Positions 38,320-48,264 of a stretch of DNA of 64,000 bases are shown one piece after another. Each line of letters begins with the position of its first letter. The stretch's first letter is position 1. The position numbers were made by a program, and so were the translations under genes. Under the pieces are notes generated by a model that worked only from the letters and a program-made list of their open reading frames with translations, had not been told where the DNA came from and ran no database searches. Source of the stretch: a virus; IMG/VR virus record IMGVR_UViG_3300042897_000742, positions 29,872-93,871 of that record; one strand, given 5' to 3'.

Positions 38320-39258
38320 ATGGCAACAAATTTAGGATATTGCTGTATCAACTTAAATCTTCGCCCAAAGAGGATTTCGGTAAACAACAGCTGCATACGT
38401 CGTACGTATGACGAGAAAGGATTAGAACATGTAAGTCAGTTGGCTTTACTTAATTCTCGTAATCTTGTAGAGATCATCAAATGGAATGAGCAAAACGGTT
38501 TCAAGGTTTATCGCATGTCGTCTGATATGTTTCCTTGGATGTCAGAGTACGAAATCAAAGACCTACCAGATTATCTTAAAATCTCAACCATTCTTCGTGG
38601 TGCAGGTAATCTTGCCCTTAAGTATGGTCAACGTTTATCATTTCATCCAGGACCATTCAATGTTCTAGGTTCCCCAAACCCAACACTCGTACGGAAAACA
38701 ATCAAGGAACTTAATCAACATGCAGAGATCATGGATTTGATGGGTCTCCCTCAATCTCACCTGTATCCTATCAACATCCACTGTAACGGTGTATATAACA
38801 GTAAGATAGATACTCTGTCTAGATGGGCGAGTAATTACCGTCTACTCTCGGATTCGGCACAATCCCGCCTGGTTGTGGAGAATGACGATAAGGGAAGTAT
38901 GTATTCAGTAAAAGATCTCTATGACGGCATTTTTCAGGCTGTAAAGGTACCTATTACCTTTGACTATCACCATCACCGTTTCAATGACGGCGGTCTTACA
39001 GAAAGAGAAGCCTTTGAATTGGCAATGACTACATGGCAATATCATGGCGTCAGACCACTCTTTCACTATTCGTCATGCCGTCGTACTTTTGAAAATGCTG
39101 AGGCTAAAGCACAGGCACATGCTGACTTTATCTATGAAAAGATCAATGATTACGGTCATTCAGTTGACATTGAGGTAGAGGCAAAGGCAAAAGAAGTTGC
39201 CGTTTTACGATACAAAGAAACTCATCAACAATTACTAACCGAATACTTACCATTCTAA
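38320..39258 (+). CDS. uvsE: UV-damage endonuclease
   Basis: LGYCCIN, YRMSS, SFHPG, ENDDK, FDYHHH, HAD and EAKAKE. Confidence 0.92.
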   Translation: MATNLGYCCINLNLRPKRISVNNSCIRRTYDEKGLEHVSQLALLNSRNLVEIIKWNEQNGFKVYRMSSDMFPWMSEYEIKDLPDYLKISTILRGAGNLALKYGQRLSFHPGPFNVLGSPNPTLVRKTIKELNQHAEIMDLMGLPQSHLYPINIHCNGVYNSKIDTLSRWASNYRLLSDSAQSRLVVENDDKGSMYSVKDLYDGIFQAVKVPITFDYHHHRFNDGGLTEREAFELAMTTWQYHGVRPLFHYSSCRRTFENAEAKAQAHADFIYEKINDYGHSVDIEVEAKAKEVAVLRYKETHQQLLTEYLPF

Positions 39259-39266
39259 ATTCATTT

Positions 39267-39698
39267 ATGAAAACACTATCACCTTACTATTATCATTCAG
39301 GAAAAAGAGTTTTACAAAAACTTGCAATAAAGGTTATTAAAGCACTTGATCCTGGTAAGAATCAACCTAAACATGGAGAGTATGAATCCGAGGCGGTTTC
39401 AATCTGTAGGAAGCTAATTTCAAAAGAAGACACCGTTCTTCTCATATCTCCGATCTCTGGCAAAAGATATATTAAGAGTGATGATAATCAACTCTTTATC
39501 ATTATAGAGGATCATCAAATGACTATTGTAAATCATTCATATAGTTATAACATACATCTTGAACCTAAGGCATTTAACAGAGTCTCAAAGATATTTGATA
39601 ATGAAGTTGAAAACCGCAGAATGCAAATGGAGACTGAAATCCGATCAAATGTGAAACATTCTCTTTCAAACATATATAAAAATATCGTAAATGAATAA
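39267..39698 (+). CDS. Hypothetical protein
   Basis: 143-aa ORF. Confidence 0.7.
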   Translation: MKTLSPYYYHSGKRVLQKLAIKVIKALDPGKNQPKHGEYESEAVSICRKLISKEDTVLLISPISGKRYIKSDDNQLFIIIEDHQMTIVNHSYSYNIHLEPKAFNRVSKIFDNEVENRRMQMETEIRSNVKHSLSNIYKNIVNE

Positions 39699-39960
39699 GT
39701 TTAGGGTCTTATTTATCTTTGGTCTAGGTATGGTTACATTACCTATTACAATGCTTATTTTTGCATACATTTGGCATATAGGTATAAACCATGCAGAAAG
39801 GAGACTATTGCAAAAAGATGATAAAGTTTTTCATGATACTGTTAAAGTAAAGAAAACTGTGGTTGATACGGTTAGGATCAAGATCTATGAAAAAATACCT
39901 CACATAGACACAAAAAGAGTAGATGCTCAACCTACACCAACAAAGGATACTCTTAAATAA
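39691..39960 (+). CDS. Membrane-anchored hypothetical protein
   Basis: N-terminal TM; repeated DTV motif. Confidence 0.6.
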   Translation: MNKFRVLFIFGLGMVTLPITMLIFAYIWHIGINHAERRLLQKDDKVFHDTVKVKKTVVDTVRIKIYEKIPHIDTKRVDAQPTPTKDTLK

Positions 39961-39966
39961 AAAGAT

Positions 39967-40602
39967 ATGAAAGTTCAATTTGCAGATAGTTTTGGAACAT
40001 CAATTAAAAAGCTGATTAGAGATAATCGGTGGTATAATAGAGCATGGCGGTGGATTCGTCGCGATGTTCCTCATTTTTGGAAGAATGTTTGGAAGTTTAG
40101 AGCTGCTCTTTCAAAACATTATTGGTGGGACTATAATGGAACTCTAAAGTTCATGGAAATAGCAATCAATGATATTGCAATCAATGTTGAATTAAAAGGT
40201 CTTGAGGTTGATGAATCCAGACTAAAGAAGGTTGCAGCAATGAAGCGTGCCGTCGAAATCTTAAACCACATCAATAAAGACAGTTACATTGAAATGGCTG
40301 AGGCTAAGTATGGTGAAGTAATATTTCATGGATTTGAATTTGAAGATGCCGAAGATCATCCAGGATATTATCAATTAGTTGATAAGGAAACACCTAAAGA
40401 AAGGAAACATAATAGCAAGGTTTATGAGTATGCTAGAAAACTTGAAGAACAGGAGTGGAAAGAACTTTGGAAACTTTTAGAAGGTCAACATTATAAAGAT
40501 TACGAAAAGACGATAAAACACTTAACACCAGAAGAAAGACGTAAAGATGATCATTATTATAAGTGGTTTGACGGTAGCGGCCTTAAAGGATGGTGGGACT
40601 AA
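39967..40602 (+). CDS. Conserved phage hypothetical protein
   Basis: WWDY motif; GWWD C-terminus. Confidence 0.7.
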   Translation: MKVQFADSFGTSIKKLIRDNRWYNRAWRWIRRDVPHFWKNVWKFRAALSKHYWWDYNGTLKFMEIAINDIAINVELKGLEVDESRLKKVAAMKRAVEILNHINKDSYIEMAEAKYGEVIFHGFEFEDAEDHPGYYQLVDKETPKERKHNSKVYEYARKLEEQEWKELWKLLEGQHYKDYEKTIKHLTPEERRKDDHYYKWFDGSGLKGWWD

Positions 40603-40615
40603 ATAAATACTATAT

Positions 40616-41203
40616 ATGATTAAATTTCAAAGACCTATTTCACCGGATCCAACCAATTGGTATTGGTTTGATGGCGGATTTACTGATGAAGAAATCTCTC
40701 GCATTGAAAGAATGTCATCTTCATTTAACTTGGAAAATGCAACCATTAGTGATAGCGGTATTGTTGATGAAGTGATGAGAAAGAGTACGGTAGGTTGGAT
40801 TCCGTTTGAAGATAAGTACAGGTGGATTTATGAAAGATTAGGTGGTATGATTGCTGAAGCAAATGACACGCTTTGGAAGTTTGACTTAGGTGAATTAAAA
40901 GAACATATTCAATATACTGAGTATTATGAAGATGGTGGTCATTATGATTTTCATCTAGACGTAGGAGGTGGATACCCTCTTAATCAACGCAAGATAAGCA
41001 TCACAGTTCAATTATCTGATGGTTCAGAATATGAAGGTGGCGATTTTCAAATGTTAAGAGGCGGTATTGAACCAGAAACTCTTCCTAAAAAGAAAGGTAC
41101 CGTAATCATATTCCCATCATATATTTTACATAGGGTTACCCCGGTTACTGCAGGAACAAGAAAATCTCTTGTTTTATGGGTCGGAGGTGACAGTTACAGA
41201 TAG
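40616..41203 (+). CDS. 2OG-Fe(II) oxygenase (prolyl-hydroxylase/PKHD-like)
   Basis: YDFHLD, RKIS..VQL, YEGG and FPS...HRVTPVT.GTRKSLV.W. Confidence 0.9.
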   Translation: MIKFQRPISPDPTNWYWFDGGFTDEEISRIERMSSSFNLENATISDSGIVDEVMRKSTVGWIPFEDKYRWIYERLGGMIAEANDTLWKFDLGELKEHIQYTEYYEDGGHYDFHLDVGGGYPLNQRKISITVQLSDGSEYEGGDFQMLRGGIEPETLPKKKGTVIIFPSYILHRVTPVTAGTRKSLVLWVGGDSYR

Positions 41204-41230
41204 GTGTGTACCCGGTGTGGGTGAATTTCA

Positions 41231-41341
41231 AATTGTTAATAACTTTTTTCAGTTTTTTTCACTCTAGAGAGAAAAAAGTTGCCTAAAAATTTTTTTATCC
41301 CAATTATTTGTATTATATTTATATAAAATAAAACGGATATG
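41231..41341 (+). repeat. Early promoter cassette, copy 1
   Basis: AATTGTTAATAACTTT...GAAAAAAGT...ATCCCAATTATTTGTATTATATTTA...AAACGGATATG. Confidence 0.9.
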
Positions 41342-41542
41342 GAAAACAAAATCAAAATCAACCGCAACCCTCTAATTCTGAGTATCGTATCATTTACTGT
41401 GGCCTATATGACCGCAACTGGTAAGATTCTATCCTACATCGAATTTGCCGACGTACTTAATGAAATTGCATTCTTTGGTATAGCTGTAATGCTTGGTGCC
41501 ATAGGACTCTTCGCATCATTTGAAAAATCTCAATCTAAATAA
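41339..41542 (+). CDS. Small membrane protein (early)
   Basis: Two TM segments directly after the cassette. Confidence 0.65.
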   Translation: MENKIKINRNPLILSIVSFTVAYMTATGKILSYIEFADVLNEIAFFGIAVMLGAIGLFASFEKSQSK

Positions 41543-41543
41543 T

Positions 41544-41762
41544 ATGACACCTCTTGTAATCCGGGCATGGGCCCAACAACGCACTGCGGCCGATTTTATT
41601 CAACTAATTGAAGACTATAATCTTGACCTAGAGTTGATAACCATTGACAACTTATTAGACTATAACGAAGGTATGGCCTTAGTAAGAGTCAATGATCTTC
41701 TGATTGAATTCTGTGATGGTAATCTTTTTGAAATCTCTGAATATAACTTTGACTGCATATGA
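41544..41762 (+). CDS. Hypothetical acidic protein
   Basis: ORF in the early operon. Confidence 0.6.
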   Translation: MTPLVIRAWAQQRTAADFIQLIEDYNLDLELITIDNLLDYNEGMALVRVNDLLIEFCDGNLFEISEYNFDCI

Positions 41763-42013
41763 CAAATACAAAGTACATAACTAAAGATTCTTTGGATGCA
41801 TTCCTAATTGGAATGAGTAAGTATGAAACCACTGAACTCTTACATGATCTTAATGTATTGGAACTTCTTGATGGTAAAGTACCAAAAGATCATCGTTCAG
41901 ATATTCCTCCTTACGAAGCCGCCGAGGCTTTTCTCTATCTGTTCCAAGAAAGAGAAGATTATGAACTATGTGAAATGTTAATTAAAAATTGGCCTCAACT
42001 TCGAAACATATGA
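41759..42013 (+). CDS. Hypothetical protein
   Basis: Coupled ORF; EDYELC motif. Confidence 0.65.
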   Translation: MTNTKYITKDSLDAFLIGMSKYETTELLHDLNVLELLDGKVPKDHRSDIPPYEAAEAFLYLFQEREDYELCEMLIKNWPQLRNI

Positions 42014-42420
42014 AAGAACAAGTAACATTAACCCAACAAATCCAAGCATGGGCAGAAGGTAAATCTGCTCTTTATGACCACTGTCATGATTTTTATGATT
42101 GGTTCTGCACCGATGCTTCCTTAGAACGTAGAGCAAAAGCCCTACAAAACAAAGTGATTAAGCTACTAAACTGCCTCCGTAATGAAGGTCGTGCAATTGA
42201 TTGTAATAGCGTATATGTGTTCTTTAAGAATAATTGCCCAATGAACGGACCGCTCTATGATTCATTCTCTATCTGTGATCGCGAATCAGGTAATGTTCTT
42301 TATTGGGTAACTGGTAAATGTGGTCATAGCGGCCAAGCCGAAATCTTTTCTCAAGAAAAAGGATTTGATGAACCTCTAGCAAAGGCTGACAACTTTACTC
42401 AACTCTTAAAATTAATCTAA
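42010..42420 (+). CDS. Conserved phage hypothetical protein
   Basis: FYDWFC...YVFFKNNCPMNGPLYD.F. Confidence 0.75.
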   Translation: MKEQVTLTQQIQAWAEGKSALYDHCHDFYDWFCTDASLERRAKALQNKVIKLLNCLRNEGRAIDCNSVYVFFKNNCPMNGPLYDSFSICDRESGNVLYWVTGKCGHSGQAEIFSQEKGFDEPLAKADNFTQLLKLI

Positions 42421-42428
42421 CTATAGCA

Positions 42429-42674
42429 ATGCAAGTATACCACGCAACTCAAGCAGCTGCTCTAATCGAAGCCGAACAGTATGCAAAGAAAAAAGGTTAC
42501 TCTGTAATCTATGAAGACCGCCTATGGACTGAACATGTTGAATATGGGCACACGGTGAAGTATTCATTCCCACTTACTTTAGACCGCACTGGCAATGAAG
42601 CAAAATTTTGGTTACACATTCAACTCTACCGCATGGGAAACGGTGGGTATGAACTTAATTGTTACTTATCATGA
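42429..42674 (+). CDS. Hypothetical protein
   Basis: LHIQLYRM..G.YELNCY. Confidence 0.7.
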   Translation: MQVYHATQAAALIEAEQYAKKKGYSVIYEDRLWTEHVEYGHTVKYSFPLTLDRTGNEAKFWLHIQLYRMGNGGYELNCYLS

Positions 42675-42847
42675 ATTTACAACAACTTAGAGAAAAAGCA
42701 AAACAACTGATCCAAGAAAATCCTGATCTTAAGGATGACATTATTGGATTCTTTTCATTGGCAGTATCAGAAATTGAAGAAGGTGGATCCGAACAACATG
42801 AATGCGAACTTGCCTATAGTGATATGATGGATCTTTTGGAAAAATAG
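42671..42847 (+). CDS. Hypothetical protein
   Basis: EIEEGGS..HE motif. Confidence 0.65.
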   Translation: MNLQQLREKAKQLIQENPDLKDDIIGFFSLAVSEIEEGGSEQHECELAYSDMMDLLEK

Positions 42848-42849
42848 TT

Positions 42850-43464
42850 ATGATCAACAATTTAGAACTTATCAAACCGCTTTTGAATTTTGAGAATGAG
42901 GGAGATTTTTATATGCTCTACATTCTTAAGCGAAAGAAGGATCAACCAGAAGGTGAACGTGATAATCATCAATCAGTTCGTACCATTAAGACATACTGTA
43001 TTGAGAGTATTGAACACCTAGAGAAAAGGTATGATGAGATTAAGATGCTATGTGAGGTGTTTAATGCACGTGCATACATCCACGTACAGAAGCAAAATCA
43101 CCATGATGTTTCATTAAATATGATGGTTCAATTGGCCGAGAAAATTCGTAATGGCCAAACAAATCAAAAAGGTCTTTTTGACTCTGTTGTTGGTCAATTA
43201 AAGACTCAAGAAAAGCGTTGGATTGTTGATATTGATACCAAAGATGAAATCGCTGTTCATAGAATCGCACACATCATTGATGCATCTATTAGACCAGAAG
43301 GTCCTAAGATTGAAGCAGTTATTCCTACTAAGAGTGGATATCACTTTATCACAAAACGATTTGATGTTTTAACTTTTAATAAAATGATGAGTTTACAGGG
43401 TGATGTACCTGATATACAAAAGAAGAACCCAACCTTGCTTTATTTACCTAAAAGCCTATCTTGA
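42850..43464 (+). CDS. Conserved phage protein with AEP/primase-like motifs
   Basis: WIVDID and TKSGYH. Confidence 0.55.
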   Translation: MINNLELIKPLLNFENEGDFYMLYILKRKKDQPEGERDNHQSVRTIKTYCIESIEHLEKRYDEIKMLCEVFNARAYIHVQKQNHHDVSLNMMVQLAEKIRNGQTNQKGLFDSVVGQLKTQEKRWIVDIDTKDEIAVHRIAHIIDASIRPEGPKIEAVIPTKSGYHFITKRFDVLTFNKMMSLQGDVPDIQKKNPTLLYLPKSLS

Positions 43465-43570
43465 AATTGTTAATAACTTTTTTCACACCGGAGAGAAAAA
43501 AGTCCTAGAAAAATTTTCAAATCCCAATTATTTGTATTAAATTTATACTATAATTAAATAATCAAAAATG
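43465..43570 (+). repeat. Early promoter cassette, copy 2
   Basis: Aligns with copies 1 and 3-5. Confidence 0.9.
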
Positions 43571-43864
43571 GAAACAACAATTCGCATCACGACCCAGTAC
43601 TACGAGAACTACGGTGATTCTATTAACCCTTATTGGAAGCCTAAAGGCGGTTTTGAATTTATGATTAAGGCCGATGCTGACCTTATTATGTATGCGCCTA
43701 ATCTTAAGGCGGTTCTCACTGACATGGTGGCTAATGAATCAAACGGTCATGAGAAGTTTGAATACATCGACCACGAAGTCCTTTTTACTGAACCTTTTCA
43801 ACTGTCCACTGAGGATTTTGAAAATCGTGTACGCGCTCAATATGAACAACCTCAATATGCATAA
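43568..43864 (+). CDS. Hypothetical protein (early)
   Basis: TQYYENYG...YWKPKGG. Confidence 0.7.
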   Translation: METTIRITTQYYENYGDSINPYWKPKGGFEFMIKADADLIMYAPNLKAVLTDMVANESNGHEKFEYIDHEVLFTEPFQLSTEDFENRVRAQYEQPQYA

Positions 43865-43865
43865 T

Positions 43866-44198
43866 ATGAATACTTTCACACCTCAATTCCGCAAAGCGGT
43901 AGAATCTGTGGCCGAAGAGATTGGCCTTCTTAATGCAACCAACCCTCGTCATGAGAAGAATGGTACTATTGCATACATCGATCCGGTAACATCCGCCGTG
44001 TACACACTGCACACAAATGGATACATCCGCCGTACTCATCGTCGTAGAATGTGGTACAGAGGTACAATGCAGAATGTAACATATCAACTAAACCCAGTGA
44101 GAATAACACAAGGTCGCAATGTGCGAATTATGATGAGTCCTTGGGAACAACTTGGAAAGTTAACAACATCGGTAATCTCTTATCGTAATGGGAACTAA
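43866..44198 (+). CDS. Hypothetical protein
   Basis: ORF in the operon. Confidence 0.65.
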   Translation: MNTFTPQFRKAVESVAEEIGLLNATNPRHEKNGTIAYIDPVTSAVYTLHTNGYIRRTHRRRMWYRGTMQNVTYQLNPVRITQGRNVRIMMSPWEQLGKLTTSVISYRNGN

Positions 44199-44691
44199 TT
44201 ACTACCGCATACCTCTTGCCTCTGAAATGGAGGAGAGAAAGGCCCTTCTTCAAAAAAGAGTGGCAGAGATGGAAATGACACCCGGTAACATTGAACGAGG
44301 TTTCAGTACAATTCCAACACATGACTCTGATTATTCGTGGGAGTATGACAGTCCGTGGTCTGAATTTATGGGTGGTACAAGTATTCATTTAGGTAAGAGA
44401 TCTAGTGGATGGAAGTTCTGCTGGAATTTTCATAAGAACCGCCATTATCATGATAAAGAATCTTTATTAGAATTCATTCGTGCAGGCCGTGTTGTTAATG
44501 AGTACGGTGAAGAAATTCCTACTGAAGAGTTTATTCAAATGGCTCTTGATTGGGGACAACCTGACGGCTGGGTACATAATGCAGAATATGAAAAACGCCA
44601 ACGAGAGTTAGGATATCATATATGGGGGCCTAAGTATTATGATCATATCATAGATGGTCTCCGAGTATCAACTTCAACTGAATTTTCTTAA
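44188..44691 (+). CDS. Conserved phage hypothetical protein
   Basis: MGTNYY...HLGKRSSGW.F...EYGE. Confidence 0.75.
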   Translation: MGTNYYRIPLASEMEERKALLQKRVAEMEMTPGNIERGFSTIPTHDSDYSWEYDSPWSEFMGGTSIHLGKRSSGWKFCWNFHKNRHYHDKESLLEFIRAGRVVNEYGEEIPTEEFIQMALDWGQPDGWVHNAEYEKRQRELGYHIWGPKYYDHIIDGLRVSTSTEFS

Positions 44692-44710
44692 ACAATTAAA
44701 AATAGAAACC

Positions 44711-45184
44711 ATGGGATTAGACATGTATCTTACCAAAAAACATTACGTTAGAAACTGGGATCATACCCCAGAAGAAAAACAACATACGGTGACCGTCACA
44801 CAAGGTGGAGAAACACCTTCATACATTGATACAACTAAAATTAAATACCTTGAGGAAGAGGCTGGTTATTGGCGTAAAGCAAATCATATTCATAATTGGT
44901 TTGTCAATAATGTACAAGAAGGTAAGGATGAATGCCAAAAGGCATGGGTTTCATCTAGACAGTTAGAAGAGTTATCCACGGCCTGTAAAGAAGTCTTGGC
45001 AGATAATTCTAAAGCAGGAGAACTTTTACCTACCGCTGATGGATTCTTTTTTGGTGGGACTGAATATGATGAGTATTACTTTAGAGATATTGAAAGAACA
45101 ATAGAATTTATTGAACCTATTTTGGCAGATATGGATCAAGGTGGTAATTTACCTTATGATGTTTATTACCAATCTTCTTGGTAA
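44711..45184 (+). CDS. Conserved phage hypothetical protein
   Basis: MGLDMYL...YWRKANHIHNWF...GFFFG...YYQSSW. Confidence 0.8.
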   Translation: MGLDMYLTKKHYVRNWDHTPEEKQHTVTVTQGGETPSYIDTTKIKYLEEEAGYWRKANHIHNWFVNNVQEGKDECQKAWVSSRQLEELSTACKEVLADNSKAGELLPTADGFFFGGTEYDEYYFRDIERTIEFIEPILADMDQGGNLPYDVYYQSSW

Positions 45185-45233
45185 TCTTTCAGATCCTAAC
45201 ATAACCTGTTATATTTTTATAAATTAAAACAAA

Positions 45234-45521
45234 ATGAAATTCTCTGATATCATATTTACACCACACCCACACGGAGGAGTAAAGTCTCGTACATTCTTTC
45301 CTAACGGATATGAATTATCTGTTGTGGCAGGTCAATTCGCATATTCAACTCCTAGAACCGATTTTGAATCTGCTGATGATTATGAAGCATTTGAAATTGC
45401 TGTTTTCGACCAGGATGGTGAATTTGTTACTAATCAATTTGGATTCGGTGATGATGTCCAAGGTTGGTTAAGCAGAAAAGAGATTGAAGAATTAATGAAA
45501 ACCATATCCGAACATGCCTAA
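45234..45521 (+). CDS. Hypothetical protein
   Basis: FPNGYELSVV...EIAV...DDV.GWL; preceded by a host-type promoter at 45187-45217. Confidence 0.7.
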   Translation: MKFSDIIFTPHPHGGVKSRTFFPNGYELSVVAGQFAYSTPRTDFESADDYEAFEIAVFDQDGEFVTNQFGFGDDVQGWLSRKEIEELMKTISEHA

Positions 45522-45819
45522 GAAATATAGATACCGCATTGAACACATTTATCCACCGGCATTTGCAGTGGTAGGTGGTCAGCGGTATCTGTTTCCTGGC
45601 TGGATTCCTGTCGAAGATGATGTTACATTCGAAGATGTGGAACATATTAATCCTTATGCAAATCTAAAAAAGGAAACCTTCACGGTGACAGGATCCACTG
45701 GAAATACATACACGGTGACACGGCGAGAAAACGAACTCACTTGTGACTGCCCAGCCGGAAAATTCCGCGGTCAATGTAAACATATAACCCAAATTAAAAC
45801 CGAACTGTCATTGTCCTAA
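45514..45819 (+). CDS. SWIM zinc-finger protein
   Basis: GSTGNTYTV...CDCP.......CKH. Confidence 0.75.
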   Translation: MPKKYRYRIEHIYPPAFAVVGGQRYLFPGWIPVEDDVTFEDVEHINPYANLKKETFTVTGSTGNTYTVTRRENELTCDCPAGKFRGQCKHITQIKTELSLS

Positions 45820-45841
45820 TATATAAAATAAATTAGTACAA

Positions 45842-46189
45842 ATGAATACAGTTCTTATTATTTTATTGATTGCAGCTGTTATTGCAACAATATATACTAC
45901 GTTTAGTGGTAAAAAGAGTTCAACATTAGTAGGATATTCCGAACCACATAAACCAAGCGGTATCTCTGGGTTTAAACCGAGCGGTACATCTGGTATCTCT
46001 GGAACTAAACCGAGCGGTACATCTGGTATCTCTGGAACTAAACCAAAGCCAAAACCGAGCGGTACATCTGGTATCTCTGGAACTAAACCAAAGCCAAAAC
46101 CGAGCGGTACATCTGGTATTAAAGGTGTTAAAAAACCTGGAAGACCAAAGAAGACGAGTGGCAATAGCGGAATTAAAGGAATTAAATAA
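45842..46189 (+). CDS. Membrane-anchored protein with PSGTSGISGTK repeats
   Basis: N-terminal TM; near-exact DNA tandem repeats at about 45950-46120. Confidence 0.7.
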   Translation: MNTVLIILLIAAVIATIYTTFSGKKSSTLVGYSEPHKPSGISGFKPSGTSGISGTKPSGTSGISGTKPKPKPSGTSGISGTKPKPKPSGTSGIKGVKKPGRPKKTSGNSGIKGIK

Positions 46190-46575
46190 TGAAAAGCTAT
46201 AAAGACTTCATATCAGAATCATTTGTACAAAATGTAGTACAAAACGATAAGGATCCAAACTTTGATGGTGCAGATCCTTCCTCTATTGAAATTCATAATA
46301 GGGGTATCGGTGGTGTAAATTCTCTACAAGGTCATCGTGATCAAATTGTAAGACTTTTGGAACAAATGCTTGCTGATGCTAAAATGGCTCAAAAGAACCA
46401 TAAATTAGCTCATTACTCTATTGCAAAGATTTTATCTTTGGCTGATCCTGATCGTATAACAGGTGTGTTACTCACTTACCTAAAGAACCATCAGACTGCA
46501 ATTGAAGAATTAGAAGCAATTCGTAGAAAAGGTGGAAGTGGAGCCGGAAAATCAATTCCTAAAGGATTGATCTAA
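46189..46575 (+). CDS. CTS-leader protein
   Basis: MKSYKDFISE, closest match to the T4 leader MKTYQEFIAE. Confidence 0.7.
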   Translation: MKSYKDFISESFVQNVVQNDKDPNFDGADPSSIEIHNRGIGGVNSLQGHRDQIVRLLEQMLADAKMAQKNHKLAHYSIAKILSLADPDRITGVLLTYLKNHQTAIEELEAIRRKGGSGAGKSIPKGLI

Positions 46576-46590
46576 AAATAAAATTACATA

Positions 46591-47361
46591 ATGGCATTAA
46601 GATTTAACAGCATTCAAGAATACGGTGAGTATATCTATAATGAATGTATTAAGCAAAACAAACAAAAAGACGTTTGTAATAGCGGAAAAGGTGGTACAAA
46701 AACAAAAGTAACTGATTCCGATCCTGATGGTTTTAGTTTAACTTATTCTTCAAGTAACCTAGATGCTAAATCACAGGAATACTTAAACACTCACACGGTG
46801 ATAAGTAAGGCACCACCGCAAAATGCACCAGCCCATATAGAAATTGTTGAAGGAGAAATCTGGAAGCAAACTATTCATAAGTATGATAAAAATGTTTATG
46901 CAAGCAAAACCGTAGTTGATAATTCAACTGACTTTTCTGTTTCTGCTGATGCATCTTATAAAGAAGCTAATGTTAGTGCAAATTATGAACAAGTTTATTC
47001 TGAAGAAGATACTAATGTAAGTGAAGAAGTTTCAAAAGAAGCATCACAATATGATTTAGAATTTCATGGTATTCAAGGAAAGCATTATGCTGTCGATTTT
47101 TATACTAATAAGTACACATGTTCTGACCGACCTGTATTAGAGATTACCTATACATTTGAGTCAATAACATTTAGGGCAGTATGTGATTATTCTGATGGCG
47201 CTGCTCTTCATTGGAATAACGAACACTATCATAAAACATATAACATTGCATCTCTAGGACTTGACCCGGTTGTTACTATTCCGCAAGTTGTAGCATTTGA
47301 TGTTAATTATGATAACCCATGGCCTAGCTATACAATAACAAACATAGAAGATAACGCATGA
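46591..47361 (+). CDS. Beta-rich hypothetical protein (possible aerolysin/ETX-like fold)
   Basis: Ser/Thr-rich alternating segment DFSVSADASYKEANVSANYEQVYS. Confidence 0.5.
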   Translation: MALRFNSIQEYGEYIYNECIKQNKQKDVCNSGKGGTKTKVTDSDPDGFSLTYSSSNLDAKSQEYLNTHTVISKAPPQNAPAHIEIVEGEIWKQTIHKYDKNVYASKTVVDNSTDFSVSADASYKEANVSANYEQVYSEEDTNVSEEVSKEASQYDLEFHGIQGKHYAVDFYTNKYTCSDRPVLEITYTFESITFRAVCDYSDGAALHWNNEHYHKTYNIASLGLDPVVTIPQVVAFDVNYDNPWPSYTITNIEDNA

Positions 47362-47945
47362 AACATATCAGAGAATACGAAGAATTTCTAAATGAAAATA
47401 CAAACGCAAGGCGATTCCAAAATAAAGGAAAGCTGCGTTATAGCGATCAATTTAGCGGTAATGTTAGTCTTTCAAAAACAATTGGTACTGAACTAGGATT
47501 TGATCCAAAGAAAGGATCATCGGGTGTTGGATTCGATAATGTATCTATGTATGATAATGAATCGAGTAAAACTATCGTAGGTGATGCACTTACTGGTAAA
47601 TACACATACGATGATCTCGTTAAACTTGCAAAAGAATGGTATGGCAAGAATGAATCTATGGTTAGTGAAGCTGCAAGTGTACCTTCAAACATTATGGATT
47701 TTGCAAAGAGAAAAGGTTCTTATGCAGTTAGTCTTGTAAAGAAGGCTGCAACATGGGCAGAAAAAGCCGGTAAAAGAATATCTGGTGGTACTGCAATCGG
47801 AAAGAATTATGACACTATCATTCTTGATATGAAACACCAAGGATCTGAGATCTACATTAACCTTAATAATGAAACGATTGAACTATACGGTGAAGAGGTA
47901 ACTGATGCTAAATCATTTGCCAAAGTACTTCAAGATAACGAATAA
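47358..47945 (+). CDS. CTS-leader two-domain protein
   Basis: MKHIREYEEFLNE; KNESMVSE linker. Confidence 0.75.
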   Translation: MKHIREYEEFLNENTNARRFQNKGKLRYSDQFSGNVSLSKTIGTELGFDPKKGSSGVGFDNVSMYDNESSKTIVGDALTGKYTYDDLVKLAKEWYGKNESMVSEAASVPSNIMDFAKRKGSYAVSLVKKAATWAEKAGKRISGGTAIGKNYDTIILDMKHQGSEIYINLNNETIELYGEEVTDAKSFAKVLQDNE

Positions 47946-47955
47946 ATAATTTACT

Positions 47956-48258
47956 ATGAAACATATAAAACTTCTTGAAGAATTCGTTAATGAAAATATG
48001 ATTAATGAATCTGAGACATTTGATGGATTAAGATCTAAATTTGAGAAAAATCCTTACGGTATAGGAGCTCAATTGTCGTATTACGAAGAAGGGAAATACG
48101 GATATCCCGATAGCTTAGTATTTAAGCATGACGAAAAATATAGAAGAGACATGATAATACCTAAATTGAAGTCAATGGGGGTTCCTTCTAAGAATATTAT
48201 AAAATCCGTAGAAAAAGGTTATAAATATCCTTTTGTAGTTACAGTAACAAAATTTTAA
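47956..48258 (+). CDS. CTS-leader protein
   Basis: MKHIKLLEEFVNENMINE. Confidence 0.75.
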   Translation: MKHIKLLEEFVNENMINESETFDGLRSKFEKNPYGIGAQLSYYEEGKYGYPDSLVFKHDEKYRRDMIIPKLKSMGVPSKNIIKSVEKGYKYPFVVTVTKF

Positions 48259-48264
48259 TTAATT

